The notes beneath the pieces are model-generated. The model ran no database searches. It was not told where the DNA came from and saw only the letters and a list, made by a program, of their open reading frames with translations. Made by a program: the position numbers and the translations under genes. This document shows positions 19,090-28,271 of a DNA stretch of 64,000 nucleotides, one piece after another (the stretch's first letter is position 1; each line of letters begins with the position of its first letter). The stretch is from Bacteroidales bacterium (GTDB lineage: Bacteria > Bacteroidota > Bacteroidia > Bacteroidales > UBA12077). The DNA lies in NCBI GenBank assembly GCA_028282785.1, contig JANQHE010000024.1, positions 73,612 to 137,611 of the forward strand. Direction: 5' to 3'.

Positions 19090-20841
19090 TTAGAAAACTG
19101 GTTTTGTTTCTTTTTTTATTGTCCATCTGTCTACTTCGTTTTGAGCACTAAACATTTCAACATATGTTTCAGATTCAGTAATTAGCTCATTATGCGTACC
19201 CTTTGCTAAGATCTCTCCATCTTCTAATAGTACTATTTGATCTGAATCAACTATGGTGTGCATGTTATGAGCAATAATTATTAATGTCCTGTTTTTTCTA
19301 AGCTCCCTGATCGCCTGATGTATTAAAAATTCATTATGGGGATCAATTGCTGATGTCGCTTCATCGAGTATAATAATTGGAGAATCTTTTAACATTACCC
19401 GGGCAATGGAAATGCGTTGTTTTTCTCCACCTGATAGCTTTGCTCCCCCTTCTCCCACAATGGTATCAAGGCCCTTAGGTAAAGATGTTATTAATGATGT
19501 AAGTTGTGCTTTCTTAATTACTTCAAATAGTTCTTGTTCAGTTGCATTTTTTTTACCTAAAGCGATATTTTCGCGAATCGAAGTATTAAATAAGAATACA
19601 TCCTGTTGAACTATTGATACGAGTGAGGTTAGATCCTCTTCTTTAATATTACTTATTTCCACATTGTTAATTGTAACAGAGCCATTATAGGACTGAACAA
19701 ATCCCAGAAGTATGTGAGCTAAAGTGGTTTTACCCGAACCGGAACTGCCTATTAAAGCTGTTGTGGTATGCTTTTTTATTTTAAGATTGACATTCTTAAG
19801 AACTTCTGTTTCTTCATAAGAATAGGAAAGATTTTTTATTTGGATCTCCCCGTTATTTATTTTAGCGGAATCTGTTTTTTTATTTTCGTTAACCGGTTTT
19901 TCCGAAAGAATGCTGTTTATCCTGCTTTTGGAAGTGTTAAAGGTCATTAATGAATGATGCATTCTCATTAACCTTGTTAAAGTAGTATTAAAAAAGATAG
20001 ACATAACCACGGATATTATGAAAATGTTCGTCGATATTAGCTCTTTAAATAATAAAGTCGAACCAACAATAATAGTTATAAATAATCCAACGTCTTGAAG
20101 AATAGCAAGTATTGAACCACCGTATGCTGAAATTGATACCGAGATTTTTCTGAGCCATTTTTCGTATACCTCCATTTTACCCAGCACTTGTTTAGTTTTC
20201 TTTTCACTCTTATTAAAGGCTTTAATTACGGTTATTGATGATATATATTCGATTATTTCTTCGTTTAGTTCTTTAGTGTCTTTAGCATATCTGTCGGAAA
20301 AAGGTTTAAGTACTTTATTAAATATTAAAAAGAATATAAAAATTAAAGGCAGGGATGAGATAATACATAATCCCAGGCGCCAGTCCAGCAATGTTACAAA
20401 AGTGAATATAAGTAAGGGAACTGCCGAAGACAATATAAGATCGGGCAAAGCATGCCCAACGTATAATTCTACTTGTTCAACATCATGATTAACTATATTT
20501 GATAGATCTCCAATCTTACGTTTCTTAAAAAATGAGAGTGGTAAAGAGCGCATATGTTTTATTAACCTGAGCCTTATATTAGCTAAAACCGAAAATGCAT
20601 TTTTATGCGAATGCGATATCGTAATCGAAGAGAATACAACTTTTATTGTTAATAACAAGAGAATAATTATTAACCTGCCAATGATAAACTCTTTGCTTCT
20701 CGCTTCAGAAACTAAATTTGCAAGTATTTGCATAACAAATAAAAAAGAAATATATCCTGCAGCAACACCAGATGCCGATATTATCCCGGAGCGTAATGCC
20801 TTGCGTTTCTCCTTTTTACTAAAAATTGATGTTTTATTCAT
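19090..20841 (-). CDS. ABC transporter permease/ATP-binding protein (exporter half)
   Basis: 6-TM domain. GSSGSGKTT, LSGGEKQR, IIILDEATS, IAHNMHT. Confidence 0.9.
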   Translation of the reverse strand: MNKTSIFSKKEKRKALRSGIISASGVAAGYISFLFVMQILANLVSEARSKEFIIGRLIIILLLLTIKVVFSSITISHSHKNAFSVLANIRLRLIKHMRSLPLSFFKKRKIGDLSNIVNHDVEQVELYVGHALPDLILSSAVPLLIFTFVTLLDWRLGLCIISSLPLIFIFFLIFNKVLKPFSDRYAKDTKELNEEIIEYISSITVIKAFNKSEKKTKQVLGKMEVYEKWLRKISVSISAYGGSILAILQDVGLFITIIVGSTLLFKELISTNIFIISVVMSIFFNTTLTRLMRMHHSLMTFNTSKSRINSILSEKPVNENKKTDSAKINNGEIQIKNLSYSYEETEVLKNVNLKIKKHTTTALIGSSGSGKTTLAHILLGFVQSYNGSVTINNVEISNIKEEDLTSLVSIVQQDVFLFNTSIRENIALGKKNATEQELFEVIKKAQLTSLITSLPKGLDTIVGEGGAKLSGGEKQRISIARVMLKDSPIIILDEATSAIDPHNEFLIHQAIRELRKNRTLIIIAHNMHTIVDSDQIVLLEDGEILAKGTHNELITESETYVEMFSAQNEVDRWTIKKETKPVF

Positions 20842-20856
20842 ACGTTATATTTTAGT

Positions 20857-20872
20857 GTATACACTGTATACG
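20857..20872. promoter_or_regulatory. candidate MarR operator (GTATACACTGTATACG)
   Basis: GTATAC..GTATAC motif 16 nt upstream of the ABC start codon. Related to the sites at 20952 and 21494. Confidence 0.4.
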
Positions 20873-20951
20873 TTTATGTTAAAAAAATTGATCTTTATAT
20901 TTTATTGCTAATCCTTTCAAAATAGTAAAGCTTACATTTGAATATCTATTT

Positions 20952-20970
20952 GCGTATATGGTATATACGC
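20952..20970. promoter_or_regulatory. candidate MarR operator (GCGTATAT-GGT-ATATACGC)
   Basis: Perfect 8-bp inverted arms around a 3-nt centre, between marR and the ABC genes. Confidence 0.45.
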
Positions 20971-21024
20971 TCCAAAGATTAAAAAAGCCTGATTAACAGG
21001 CGAACATTGTTTACGAAGCTTAGC

Positions 21025-21471
21025 TCAAAAGTGCCGTTCTACAAAGCGATTAGCTTTTTTCAAAAAAGCTTCGATTGTTTCAGTTTCTTTTTTATTAAGT
21101 TTATTTAAGTAATCGAACATTTCTTTATCCTTTTTTTGATGATATTTTCTATGGCCTGAAAAACAAATCTTTCCGGCTTCAGTTAAAGTAACCAAAATCC
21201 TGGATTGATTTTTAGGATCTGCTATTTTTTCAATCAATCCCTTTCTTTTTAAAACTTTCATTCTTTGTGATATGGCTCCTTTTGTAACACCCATTTCTCT
21301 GGCTATTTCAGAGATATGAATTCCATTCGTTCGGCCTATTATTTCTATAGTATGAATTTCACTTCGATACAATAAAATATTGTTACCATAATCAGTCTTA
21401 ACCTTGTTGGTTTGTGCAGCCTTATCTGTAAGGCTCATAAATAATTCTATAATTGGCCCAAAATCTTTCAT
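21025..21471 (-). CDS. MarR family transcriptional regulator
   Basis: ISEIAREMGVTKGAISQRMKVLKRKGLIEKIADPKNQSRILVTLTEAG is a classic MarR wHTH. The ORF track starts at TTG 21489. I prefer ATG 21471. Confidence 0.85.
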   Translation of the reverse strand: MKDFGPIIELFMSLTDKAAQTNKVKTDYGNNILLYRSEIHTIEIIGRTNGIHISEIAREMGVTKGAISQRMKVLKRKGLIEKIADPKNQSRILVTLTEAGKICFSGHRKYHQKKDKEMFDYLNKLNKKETETIEAFLKKANRFVERHF

Positions 21472-21493
21472 AACTATCAACAATTTCAATAAG

Positions 21494-21510
21494 CGTATAC
21501 ATTATATACG
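21494..21510. promoter_or_regulatory. candidate MarR autoregulatory operator (CGTATACATTATATACG)
   Basis: 6-bp inverted arms CGTATA/TATACG directly upstream of marR. Confidence 0.4.
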
Positions 21511-21700
21511 GTACAAATATAAAATTATTTGATTCAAAACAATAATTATTTGGATTAAATAATTATTGAGATTTCGGGTGTTAATACATCATTGTTGTAA
21601 AATACAGAAAATAGCAAGTAAACATGTTTTTAATTAATTTGTTGTAAATATCTTATTACCATTTTTTGAAGTACTTGAATAGTAAAAGTGGAAGTGAAAA

Positions 21701-21776
21701 CGTGCAAAATACCTTATACCGGCTGGATTTTATAACTGTAATTCCATTCTCATTTTTCTGGACCTTCCTAAAATCA
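21701..21776. repeat. intergenic repeat module R2, copy a (CGTGCAAAAT...TTCCTAAAATCA)
   Basis: Shares CGTGCAAAAT and TTCCTAAAATCA blocks with 22787..22830. Confidence 0.5.
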
Positions 21777-21990
21777 AATAGGAAATAATTTAATTGTATC
21801 AGTTAAGTTATAGATTCCATATTGTATTCCTTTACATATAATAAAAAAGTTACAGGATAACGAAAAGCCTTTCACCTCATTTAACAAGGCCTCTACACAA
21901 AAATTCCCGTTGCCCGATATCATATTTAGGGATTAAGCTGTATTGAAATTGACTTCGGAAATTGATAACTTTGAAATAAACAAAATCATC

Positions 21991-22614
21991 ATGAAACAAA
22001 TCGTTATAAGCCTGGTAATGTTATTTATTTTGACAAATTGTCAAGAAAATAAAACTGTAAGACAAGAAAAAACAGTCGAAGATCATATCAATATTGAATT
22101 AGCCAAAAACATAAAGAATGAGACCATACTTTTAGGATTAAAGTTTGGAATGGGAGGCGAAGAAGTTCATAATTATTTTAAAGATCTGGTAAACCATAAA
22201 AAGCTTCTTTTGTTACCACATGAGTATCTTTCAGACAAGGGCAAAATATATATATACCCCTTTGAATTTGGCGATGAAAATCCTGCATTACAAAATGTGA
22301 TGGGAACGTTTAAAACCTATTATATAAAAGATAAGCTTTACAAACTAAGAATCTCGGCAGAATCAGAAAAGGACACACCCGTTAATCTATTAAAATCAAA
22401 GTTTAAGGAAGTTTATATTCAAAAATACGGGGAGAATTATATCACGCGGGAAAGCATTTATAATAACAGTGAAGTTTACGTTTGGATCAATGGCAATACG
22501 ATGATTGAAATAAGTGAAGGACTTAGCAATAATATTTTGATCATTTATTCGGATTTAATTGCATTAAAAGATAGCAAAGAAAAACCTGCTGAGAAGTTAA
22601 TGAGGGAGATATAA
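21991..22614 (+). CDS. hypothetical lipoprotein
   Basis: ATG 21991 gives MKQIVISLVMLFILTNC (lipobox-like). The ORF track start at 21943 is TTG. Confidence 0.5.
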   Translation: MKQIVISLVMLFILTNCQENKTVRQEKTVEDHINIELAKNIKNETILLGLKFGMGGEEVHNYFKDLVNHKKLLLLPHEYLSDKGKIYIYPFEFGDENPALQNVMGTFKTYYIKDKLYKLRISAESEKDTPVNLLKSKFKEVYIQKYGENYITRESIYNNSEVYVWINGNTMIEISEGLSNNILIIYSDLIALKDSKEKPAEKLMREI

Positions 22615-22786
22615 GATATTTTCCACTATAAGGAGGTTTTAAGTACTAGATTTTCATGAAGATTTAAGAGTTGACCTTTGCTAAGCTTCATATTCGCAAA
22701 GCGAATAATGCAAAGAAAATAAGTGTATTAAGAATAGGATAGATTATTAATTTCCAAACTAAAGGCAGGTTTAAAAGAGCGAGAAC

Positions 22787-22830
22787 CGTGCAAAATTGCG
22801 GGCCATACGTCCCGGTATTTCCTAAAATCA
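22787..22830. repeat. intergenic repeat module R2, copy b
   Basis: CGTGCAAAATTGCGGGCCATACG...TTTCCTAAAATCA. The 17-mer GCAAAATTGCGGGCCAT (22790..22806) recurs exactly at 59607..59623. Confidence 0.6.
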
Positions 22831-22938
22831 GCAAATTAAAATAACAAAGAGATTAAACTTTAAAAAATAGTGTAAAAGAACACAAATAAAAGAATATATT
22901 TACGCAAAGAATTAGAATGAATACATAAAGGAAATTAA

Positions 22939-23523
22939 ATGAAATATCAGATACAGGTAGTACTTCCTTTTCTTAGTTTTTTCCTGGCGGTTATCAATCT
23001 AAATGCACAGGAAAAAGTGGAAGAAGAATACAGGGTGAAAGAAAGTGAGGTTCCTGTCCAAGCTCAAAAGTGGATCCACGGAACTTTTGGTGAAATGAAA
23101 GGAATAAAGTGGTACTATGAGAAATCTTCAGGAAAAGCCAGCTATGAAGCAAAGTTAAAATCTGATCGTAAGGTTTACAGTATTGAATTCGATACAATGG
23201 GTGTAATTGAAGATGTTGAGCAAAAATATGAGTGGAATGAACTGGAATCGGATATTAAAACCAATCTAACCAAGTATTTTAGATCCAATTATATCAAATA
23301 TAAGATCATTAAAATTCAAAAACAATATGTAGGCACGGCTACAGATTTAAAGAATTATATCAGGCAAAATGAGAAGGAAGGAATTACCGTGAATTATGAG
23401 ATTGAGTTTCACGGTAAAACGCAAACAGAAAACGAATTATGGGAATGTCTTTTCAGCTCCAATGGAGAGTTGCTTCAAAAAAAGAAAATCATTCTTAAAC
23501 CTGCCAATAACCTTGAATTTTAA
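22939..23523 (+). CDS. PepSY-like (DUF2874-type) periplasmic protein
   Basis: Signal peptide. Repeated units ASYEAKLKSDRKVYSIEFDTMGVIEDVE and VNYEIEFHGK...FSSNGELL are typical of PepSY-like repeats. Confidence 0.5.
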   Translation: MKYQIQVVLPFLSFFLAVINLNAQEKVEEEYRVKESEVPVQAQKWIHGTFGEMKGIKWYYEKSSGKASYEAKLKSDRKVYSIEFDTMGVIEDVEQKYEWNELESDIKTNLTKYFRSNYIKYKIIKIQKQYVGTATDLKNYIRQNEKEGITVNYEIEFHGKTQTENELWECLFSSNGELLQKKKIILKPANNLEF

Positions 23524-24197
23524 TGAGATTACGTTTTTTATTCATACTGTTTTTCCTTTCCGGGATTATTATGGCTCAGGATTCAGAATCCTACCTGGGT
23601 GTAGTTCCTGAAATTAATCTAAGCTATAAATTGAAAACGATTAAATTCAATCTGAAAGCAGAGTCCTTTCAGTTGTTTCATACAAATGCAGATAATCCGG
23701 CATGGGATTATCAATATGAACAAACTGACATACAGCTTTTTGTAAGCAAAAAGATAAATCCTTTTATCTTTTTAGCCTTGGGTTATCAGTACGGTATTGA
23801 GGCTAATGATAAAAACACGCACCGAAGCATACAACAATTTTCCTATGTTTTTAAACCAGGTAATTTAAAATGGGGACACAGGGTAAGAACAGATCAAACA
23901 TTTTATCAAAGTAAGGCGGCCAAATTTCGGTTTCGTTATCGGCTATCCTTAAAAATTCCATTACAAGGACAATCCATTGATTATAATGAATTTTATATGG
24001 TTACTTCCGATGAATTTCTTTATGCTTATCAGAATAAGGATCAAGAATATGAGAATCGCCTGGCCTTGTATATAGGTTATTTATTTGAGAATAGCAGTAA
24101 GCTGCAGTTAGGTATAGATTATAGAACTGATTTTTCGAGCGAACCCCTGGTTCATAATTATTGGATTCGTTTGGGTTATCTTGTTAATTTGCAGTGA
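23523..24197 (+). CDS. DUF2490-like outer-membrane protein
   Basis: Signal peptide. Alternating aromatic/polar beta-strand pattern. RFRYRLSLKIPL ... ENRLALYIGYLF ... WIRLGYLVNLQ resembles DUF2490. Confidence 0.45.
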   Translation: MRLRFLFILFFLSGIIMAQDSESYLGVVPEINLSYKLKTIKFNLKAESFQLFHTNADNPAWDYQYEQTDIQLFVSKKINPFIFLALGYQYGIEANDKNTHRSIQQFSYVFKPGNLKWGHRVRTDQTFYQSKAAKFRFRYRLSLKIPLQGQSIDYNEFYMVTSDEFLYAYQNKDQEYENRLALYIGYLFENSSKLQLGIDYRTDFSSEPLVHNYWIRLGYLVNLQ

Positions 24198-24297
24198 TTT
24201 ATTGTGTTTGTTTAATTGTTTTTATTAATTTAATAACAAAAAATAAATAAAGCATGAACATTCAATTATAATTGATGTTTATTCAAAAAATATTATT

Positions 24298-25206
24298 ATG
24301 AAAAAAGAATTACAAAATATATTGGTTCCGGTTGATTTTAGAGATTCCTCCTTTAAAGCGGTCAAGTTTGCTTTCCGGGTAGCAAAAAAGATAGAAGCTA
24401 ATTTGGTGCTTTTAAATGTAATTGAAATTTCTGGAGTGTTAATAGATTTGTTTTCGTCCGGAGATGAGTTGGTAAAAATTACAGGCAAAACCAAAGATAA
24501 GCTTCAGGAACTAACCGAAAAATTAAAGAAAGAAGATGATGAGGTTCACATTCAAACCAGGGTAGAAAGAGGTAAACCTTATAAGAAAATTCTGGAAATA
24601 GCGGATGAAATTAGGGCACGAATTATTATCCTGGGTGAAAACCATCAGGGGGAGTTAAAATCCAAAAACCTGGGAAGCACAGTTTATCAAGTTACCTTAA
24701 AATCGCCCGTTCCCGTTATAACTTACAAAGGTTCTCATGAAAATGTAGTTAATAAAATTGTTGTACCACTTGATTTAACAAAGCAAACAAAAAAACAAAT
24801 TGGTAGTGCGTTGGCTTATGGTCGCAATTACAATTCCAAGATATATCTGGTTTCAGCATTAATTGGTGGCATAAAACTTAAAGAAAGCCGAATTTATAAG
24901 AAATTAAAACAGGCTAAAGAAACATTGGATAAGAATAATGTAGAATGCGAGATCAAACTTTTTGAGCGCTCGGAGATTGAACCTTTTCAAAGGGTGTTGG
25001 ATTATACCAATGAAGTAAATGCCGATATGATTTTGGTAATGACACACCAGGAAGGGTATACCTACGACAACTACATAGGGGCATTTGCGCACCACATTAT
25101 TAACCAATCCGATGTTTCTGTAATGAGTTTAACATCATCGGCAACAAGCGTAGATTTTAAAAGCCTCTTAGGGCCAATTGTAGACCCATTTACCATTTTT
25201 AAATAA
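24298..25206 (+). CDS. universal stress protein (tandem USP domains)
   Basis: NILVPVDFRDSS... and a second VVPLDLTKQTK... module. GSTVYQVTLKSPVPV. Confidence 0.8.
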   Translation: MKKELQNILVPVDFRDSSFKAVKFAFRVAKKIEANLVLLNVIEISGVLIDLFSSGDELVKITGKTKDKLQELTEKLKKEDDEVHIQTRVERGKPYKKILEIADEIRARIIILGENHQGELKSKNLGSTVYQVTLKSPVPVITYKGSHENVVNKIVVPLDLTKQTKKQIGSALAYGRNYNSKIYLVSALIGGIKLKESRIYKKLKQAKETLDKNNVECEIKLFERSEIEPFQRVLDYTNEVNADMILVMTHQEGYTYDNYIGAFAHHIINQSDVSVMSLTSSATSVDFKSLLGPIVDPFTIFK

Positions 25207-25215
25207 ATAATTTTA

Positions 25216-27513
25216 ATGCAGAATATCTTACTCATATACTTCCTGTTTTCATTGGGAATCTTTGTCATTCCAGTTAAGGTTTTTAAATACAAAGCCATCG
25301 TTCTGGCTTTGGTTCAGGTAGGTGCATTTATATATTTTGCATCAAAGATTCCAATCATAACAGATGGCGAAACCATTAATTCGATCCTTAACTGGATTCC
25401 GGAGTTAGGATTAAATTTATCCTTTATCCTTAATGGTCTAAGCCTTGCATTTGCGTTACTAATTACTGGAATTGGAGCCTTGGTATTTATATATGCCCAT
25501 GCTTATATGAAAAGTTATGCAAATACAGATAGGTTCTTTTTCTTCCTGTTCCTGTTTAGCGGTGCCATGTTGGGTTTGGTTCTTTCTGAGAATTTAATTC
25601 AGCTCTTTATTTTTTGGGAACTTACCAGCTTTCTGTCTTTTTTGTTAATTGCATTTTTCCACGAAAAGGAACCGGCACGAAAAGCTGCCTTTCAGTCGTT
25701 ATTTATTACTGGATTTGGGGGCTTAATCTTATTAACAGGGATCATACTTATTGGCAGCGTTGCCCAAAGTTATTCTTTAACCGAATGGATTCTAAAGGCA
25801 GATGAAATACGAAGTAGTGCATTTTATGTGCCCGGTTTAATTTTGATACTGATCGGTGCCTTTACCAAATCGGCCCAGTTTCCTTTTCACTTTTGGTTGC
25901 CAGGTGCTATGCAGGCACCTACTCCTGTGAGCTCTTATTTGCATTCTGCTACTATGGTAAAAGCAGGGTTCTTTTTACTCGCAAGCTTAAACCCGGTTTT
26001 GAGCGGAACCATAGAGTGGACATACATCATTCCATTATTCGGGGTTATTACCATGTTGGTTGGAGCTTATTTTGCCATTACACAAACAGATATAAAGGCA
26101 ATACTGGCTTACACAACCATTACAGCTTTAGGAATTTTAATATTACTGATAGGGGTTGATACGAAACTATCCATTAAAGCCGCTATTTTATTTTTATTCA
26201 TTCATGCCTTTTATAAGGCTACTCTGTTTATGGTGGCTGGATTAATCGATAAGAAAACAGGCACACGCGATCTATCAAAACTGGGAGGTTTGGCTCATTA
26301 CATGCCTATAACTTTTATAGTGGCATTGTTGGCATTATTTTCTATGGCTGGCTTCCCTCCAATGCTTGGATTTTTAGGTAAAGAATTGGTTTACGAAGCT
26401 AAAGTTCAATCACCCGGAATAGCATCCCTGATTTTAATATTTGGTGTGGCAGCAAATGTTTTAATGATTGCCGTTTCTTTATTTTTTTTAAAAAAAGTAT
26501 TTCTTGGAAAAAAGAATAATTACAGTAAAAATCCAAACGAAAAGGGTTTATTTATTGTTGGCCCGGCCTTGTTAGCAACCTTGAGCTTGTTCTTTGGACT
26601 GTTCCCAAATATTTTAGGTAATTCAATAATCGAACCGGCAATACAAAGTATTTTTCTAGAAACCTACCATGTTAAACTAAAACTATGGCATGGGTTCAAT
26701 AAAGTTTTCTTTTTAAGCCTGTTTACAGTTGCATCAGGTATTTTATTATTTTATTTAATTGATAAATACCCTAAACTTCTTGAGAACTGGAGAAAACTAA
26801 ACAATAAAATATTTACCATAAAGTTAGCCGATGTATTTTCCAATGGCTTGGATAACTTTATTGAGTTTTCTAAGCGAAATACCAGGGTCATTCAGCATGG
26901 ATACCACAGGTATTACCTATTAACTATTATAGTTGTTACGGCACTCTTATTATGGTTCCAAGTATTTGTTACACGGGGTTGGGAGCTGCCAACCAAATTA
27001 TCTTTTAACCCGTTTTACATTTCAGGTTTAATAGGTATCATTATAATATCAACAATTTTTAGCGCAATAAATAAGTCTCGTATAGCAACCATTATTGCAA
27101 TGGGTGTTGCCGGTTACGGGATATCGCTTATATTTTTATATTACAGTGCTATCGATTTGGCTATTACCCAAATCATCGTTGAAACTCTCACTGTGGTAAT
27201 GTTTGTGATTGTATTGCAGAAACTACCACGTTTTGCTAAACTCTCATCCAAAGTAACCAAAATACGTGATTTAGCCATTGCATTGGTTTTTGGGTCTGTA
27301 ATGACAATTTTGGCCCTTAAAGCGGTTCAGGTAGAATTTAACCACACAATTTCTGATTTCTTTGTTGAGAATAGCTATTTAAAAGCTTATGGAAAAAATG
27401 TAGTTAACGTAATATTAGTCGACTTTAGAGCACTGGATACATTAGGTGAAATTACGGTGTTAACCATTGCTGCCTTAGGTGTATTTGTTTTACTTAAAAA
27501 GAAAAAAGCATGA
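25216..27513 (+). CDS. mrpA: Na+/H+ antiporter Mrp/Mnh subunit A
   Basis: 765-aa NuoL-like polytopic protein (WELTSFLSFLLI, KSAQFPFHFWLPGAMQAPTPVSSYLHSATMVKAG) with a C-terminal MnhB-like extension. First of a 7-gene mrp operon. Confidence 0.9.
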   Translation: MQNILLIYFLFSLGIFVIPVKVFKYKAIVLALVQVGAFIYFASKIPIITDGETINSILNWIPELGLNLSFILNGLSLAFALLITGIGALVFIYAHAYMKSYANTDRFFFFLFLFSGAMLGLVLSENLIQLFIFWELTSFLSFLLIAFFHEKEPARKAAFQSLFITGFGGLILLTGIILIGSVAQSYSLTEWILKADEIRSSAFYVPGLILILIGAFTKSAQFPFHFWLPGAMQAPTPVSSYLHSATMVKAGFFLLASLNPVLSGTIEWTYIIPLFGVITMLVGAYFAITQTDIKAILAYTTITALGILILLIGVDTKLSIKAAILFLFIHAFYKATLFMVAGLIDKKTGTRDLSKLGGLAHYMPITFIVALLALFSMAGFPPMLGFLGKELVYEAKVQSPGIASLILIFGVAANVLMIAVSLFFLKKVFLGKKNNYSKNPNEKGLFIVGPALLATLSLFFGLFPNILGNSIIEPAIQSIFLETYHVKLKLWHGFNKVFFLSLFTVASGILLFYLIDKYPKLLENWRKLNNKIFTIKLADVFSNGLDNFIEFSKRNTRVIQHGYHRYYLLTIIVVTALLLWFQVFVTRGWELPTKLSFNPFYISGLIGIIIISTIFSAINKSRIATIIAMGVAGYGISLIFLYYSAIDLAITQIIVETLTVVMFVIVLQKLPRFAKLSSKVTKIRDLAIALVFGSVMTILALKAVQVEFNHTISDFFVENSYLKAYGKNVVNVILVDFRALDTLGEITVLTIAALGVFVLLKKKKA

Positions 27514-27926
27514 ACTCGGTGATTCTGCAAATAGCAGCCAGGTATATTAAAGCATTGTTAGTACTTTTTGCAATGATTGCTTTATTACGGGGGCATAATT
27601 ACCCGGGAGGCGGCTTTATTGGTGGCTTGTTGGCAGCATTGTCAGTTATTTATTATGGTTTTGCATTCAATGTAAGGCAAGTTCGCGAAAAACTAAAAGT
27701 TAACCCGGCAACTTATATAGCGATAGGATTATTTTTAGTCGTTTTAAGCTTTATTCCTTCTATATTAAATCAGTTAGAACTGATGCAAGGAGTATGGCTT
27801 AAAGTTCAGATACCGGTTCTGGGCGAGTTAAAATTAGGAACACCTTTCTTGTTCGATATGGGTGTGTTTTTAACAGTGATAGGTGTTACATTTTTATTTT
27901 TTTTCTCATTAACAAAAGTTGAATAA
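27510..27926 (+). CDS. mrpB: Na+/H+ antiporter subunit B
   Basis: 138 aa. GHNYPGGGFIGGL motif. ATGA overlap with mrpA. Confidence 0.85.
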   Translation: MNSVILQIAARYIKALLVLFAMIALLRGHNYPGGGFIGGLLAALSVIYYGFAFNVRQVREKLKVNPATYIAIGLFLVVLSFIPSILNQLELMQGVWLKVQIPVLGELKLGTPFLFDMGVFLTVIGVTFLFFFSLTKVE

Positions 27927-28270
27927 TGGAGATTTTATTAGCCATATTGGTTGGAATATTATACACCGCCGGTGTTTATATGATACTTCGTCGAAGCATT
28001 GTAAAATTTATTATTGGGATTATTTTCTTGAGCAATGCTACAAATCTATTGGTTTTTCTCGCTTCGGGAGTAGTTTCGGGAAAGCCGGTATTTGTGGGCG
28101 AAGAACCGGCCAATGCATCTCAAATGGCAGACCCGTTGCCTCAGGCTTTAGTTTTAACAGCAATTGTTATCGGTTTTGGAATAGTAGTTTTTACATTGGC
28201 ACTAAAATATAAGTTTTTTGAGCTTACCGGAACCGACGATTTGGATCAATTGAAAAAAACAGATAATTGA
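27926..28270 (+). CDS. mrpC: Na+/H+ antiporter subunit C (NuoK-like)
   Basis: 114 aa, 3 TM. DPLPQALVLTAIVIGF motif. Confidence 0.85.
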   Translation: MEILLAILVGILYTAGVYMILRRSIVKFIIGIIFLSNATNLLVFLASGVVSGKPVFVGEEPANASQMADPLPQALVLTAIVIGFGIVVFTLALKYKFFELTGTDDLDQLKKTDN

Positions 28271-28271
28271 T

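Noticed and set aside
27919-28212. 97-aa ORF overlapping mrpC in another frame
   Set aside because: The 27926..28270 frame gives a clean NuoK-like 3-TM MrpC and fits the operon spacing. The alternative frame has no membrane character.
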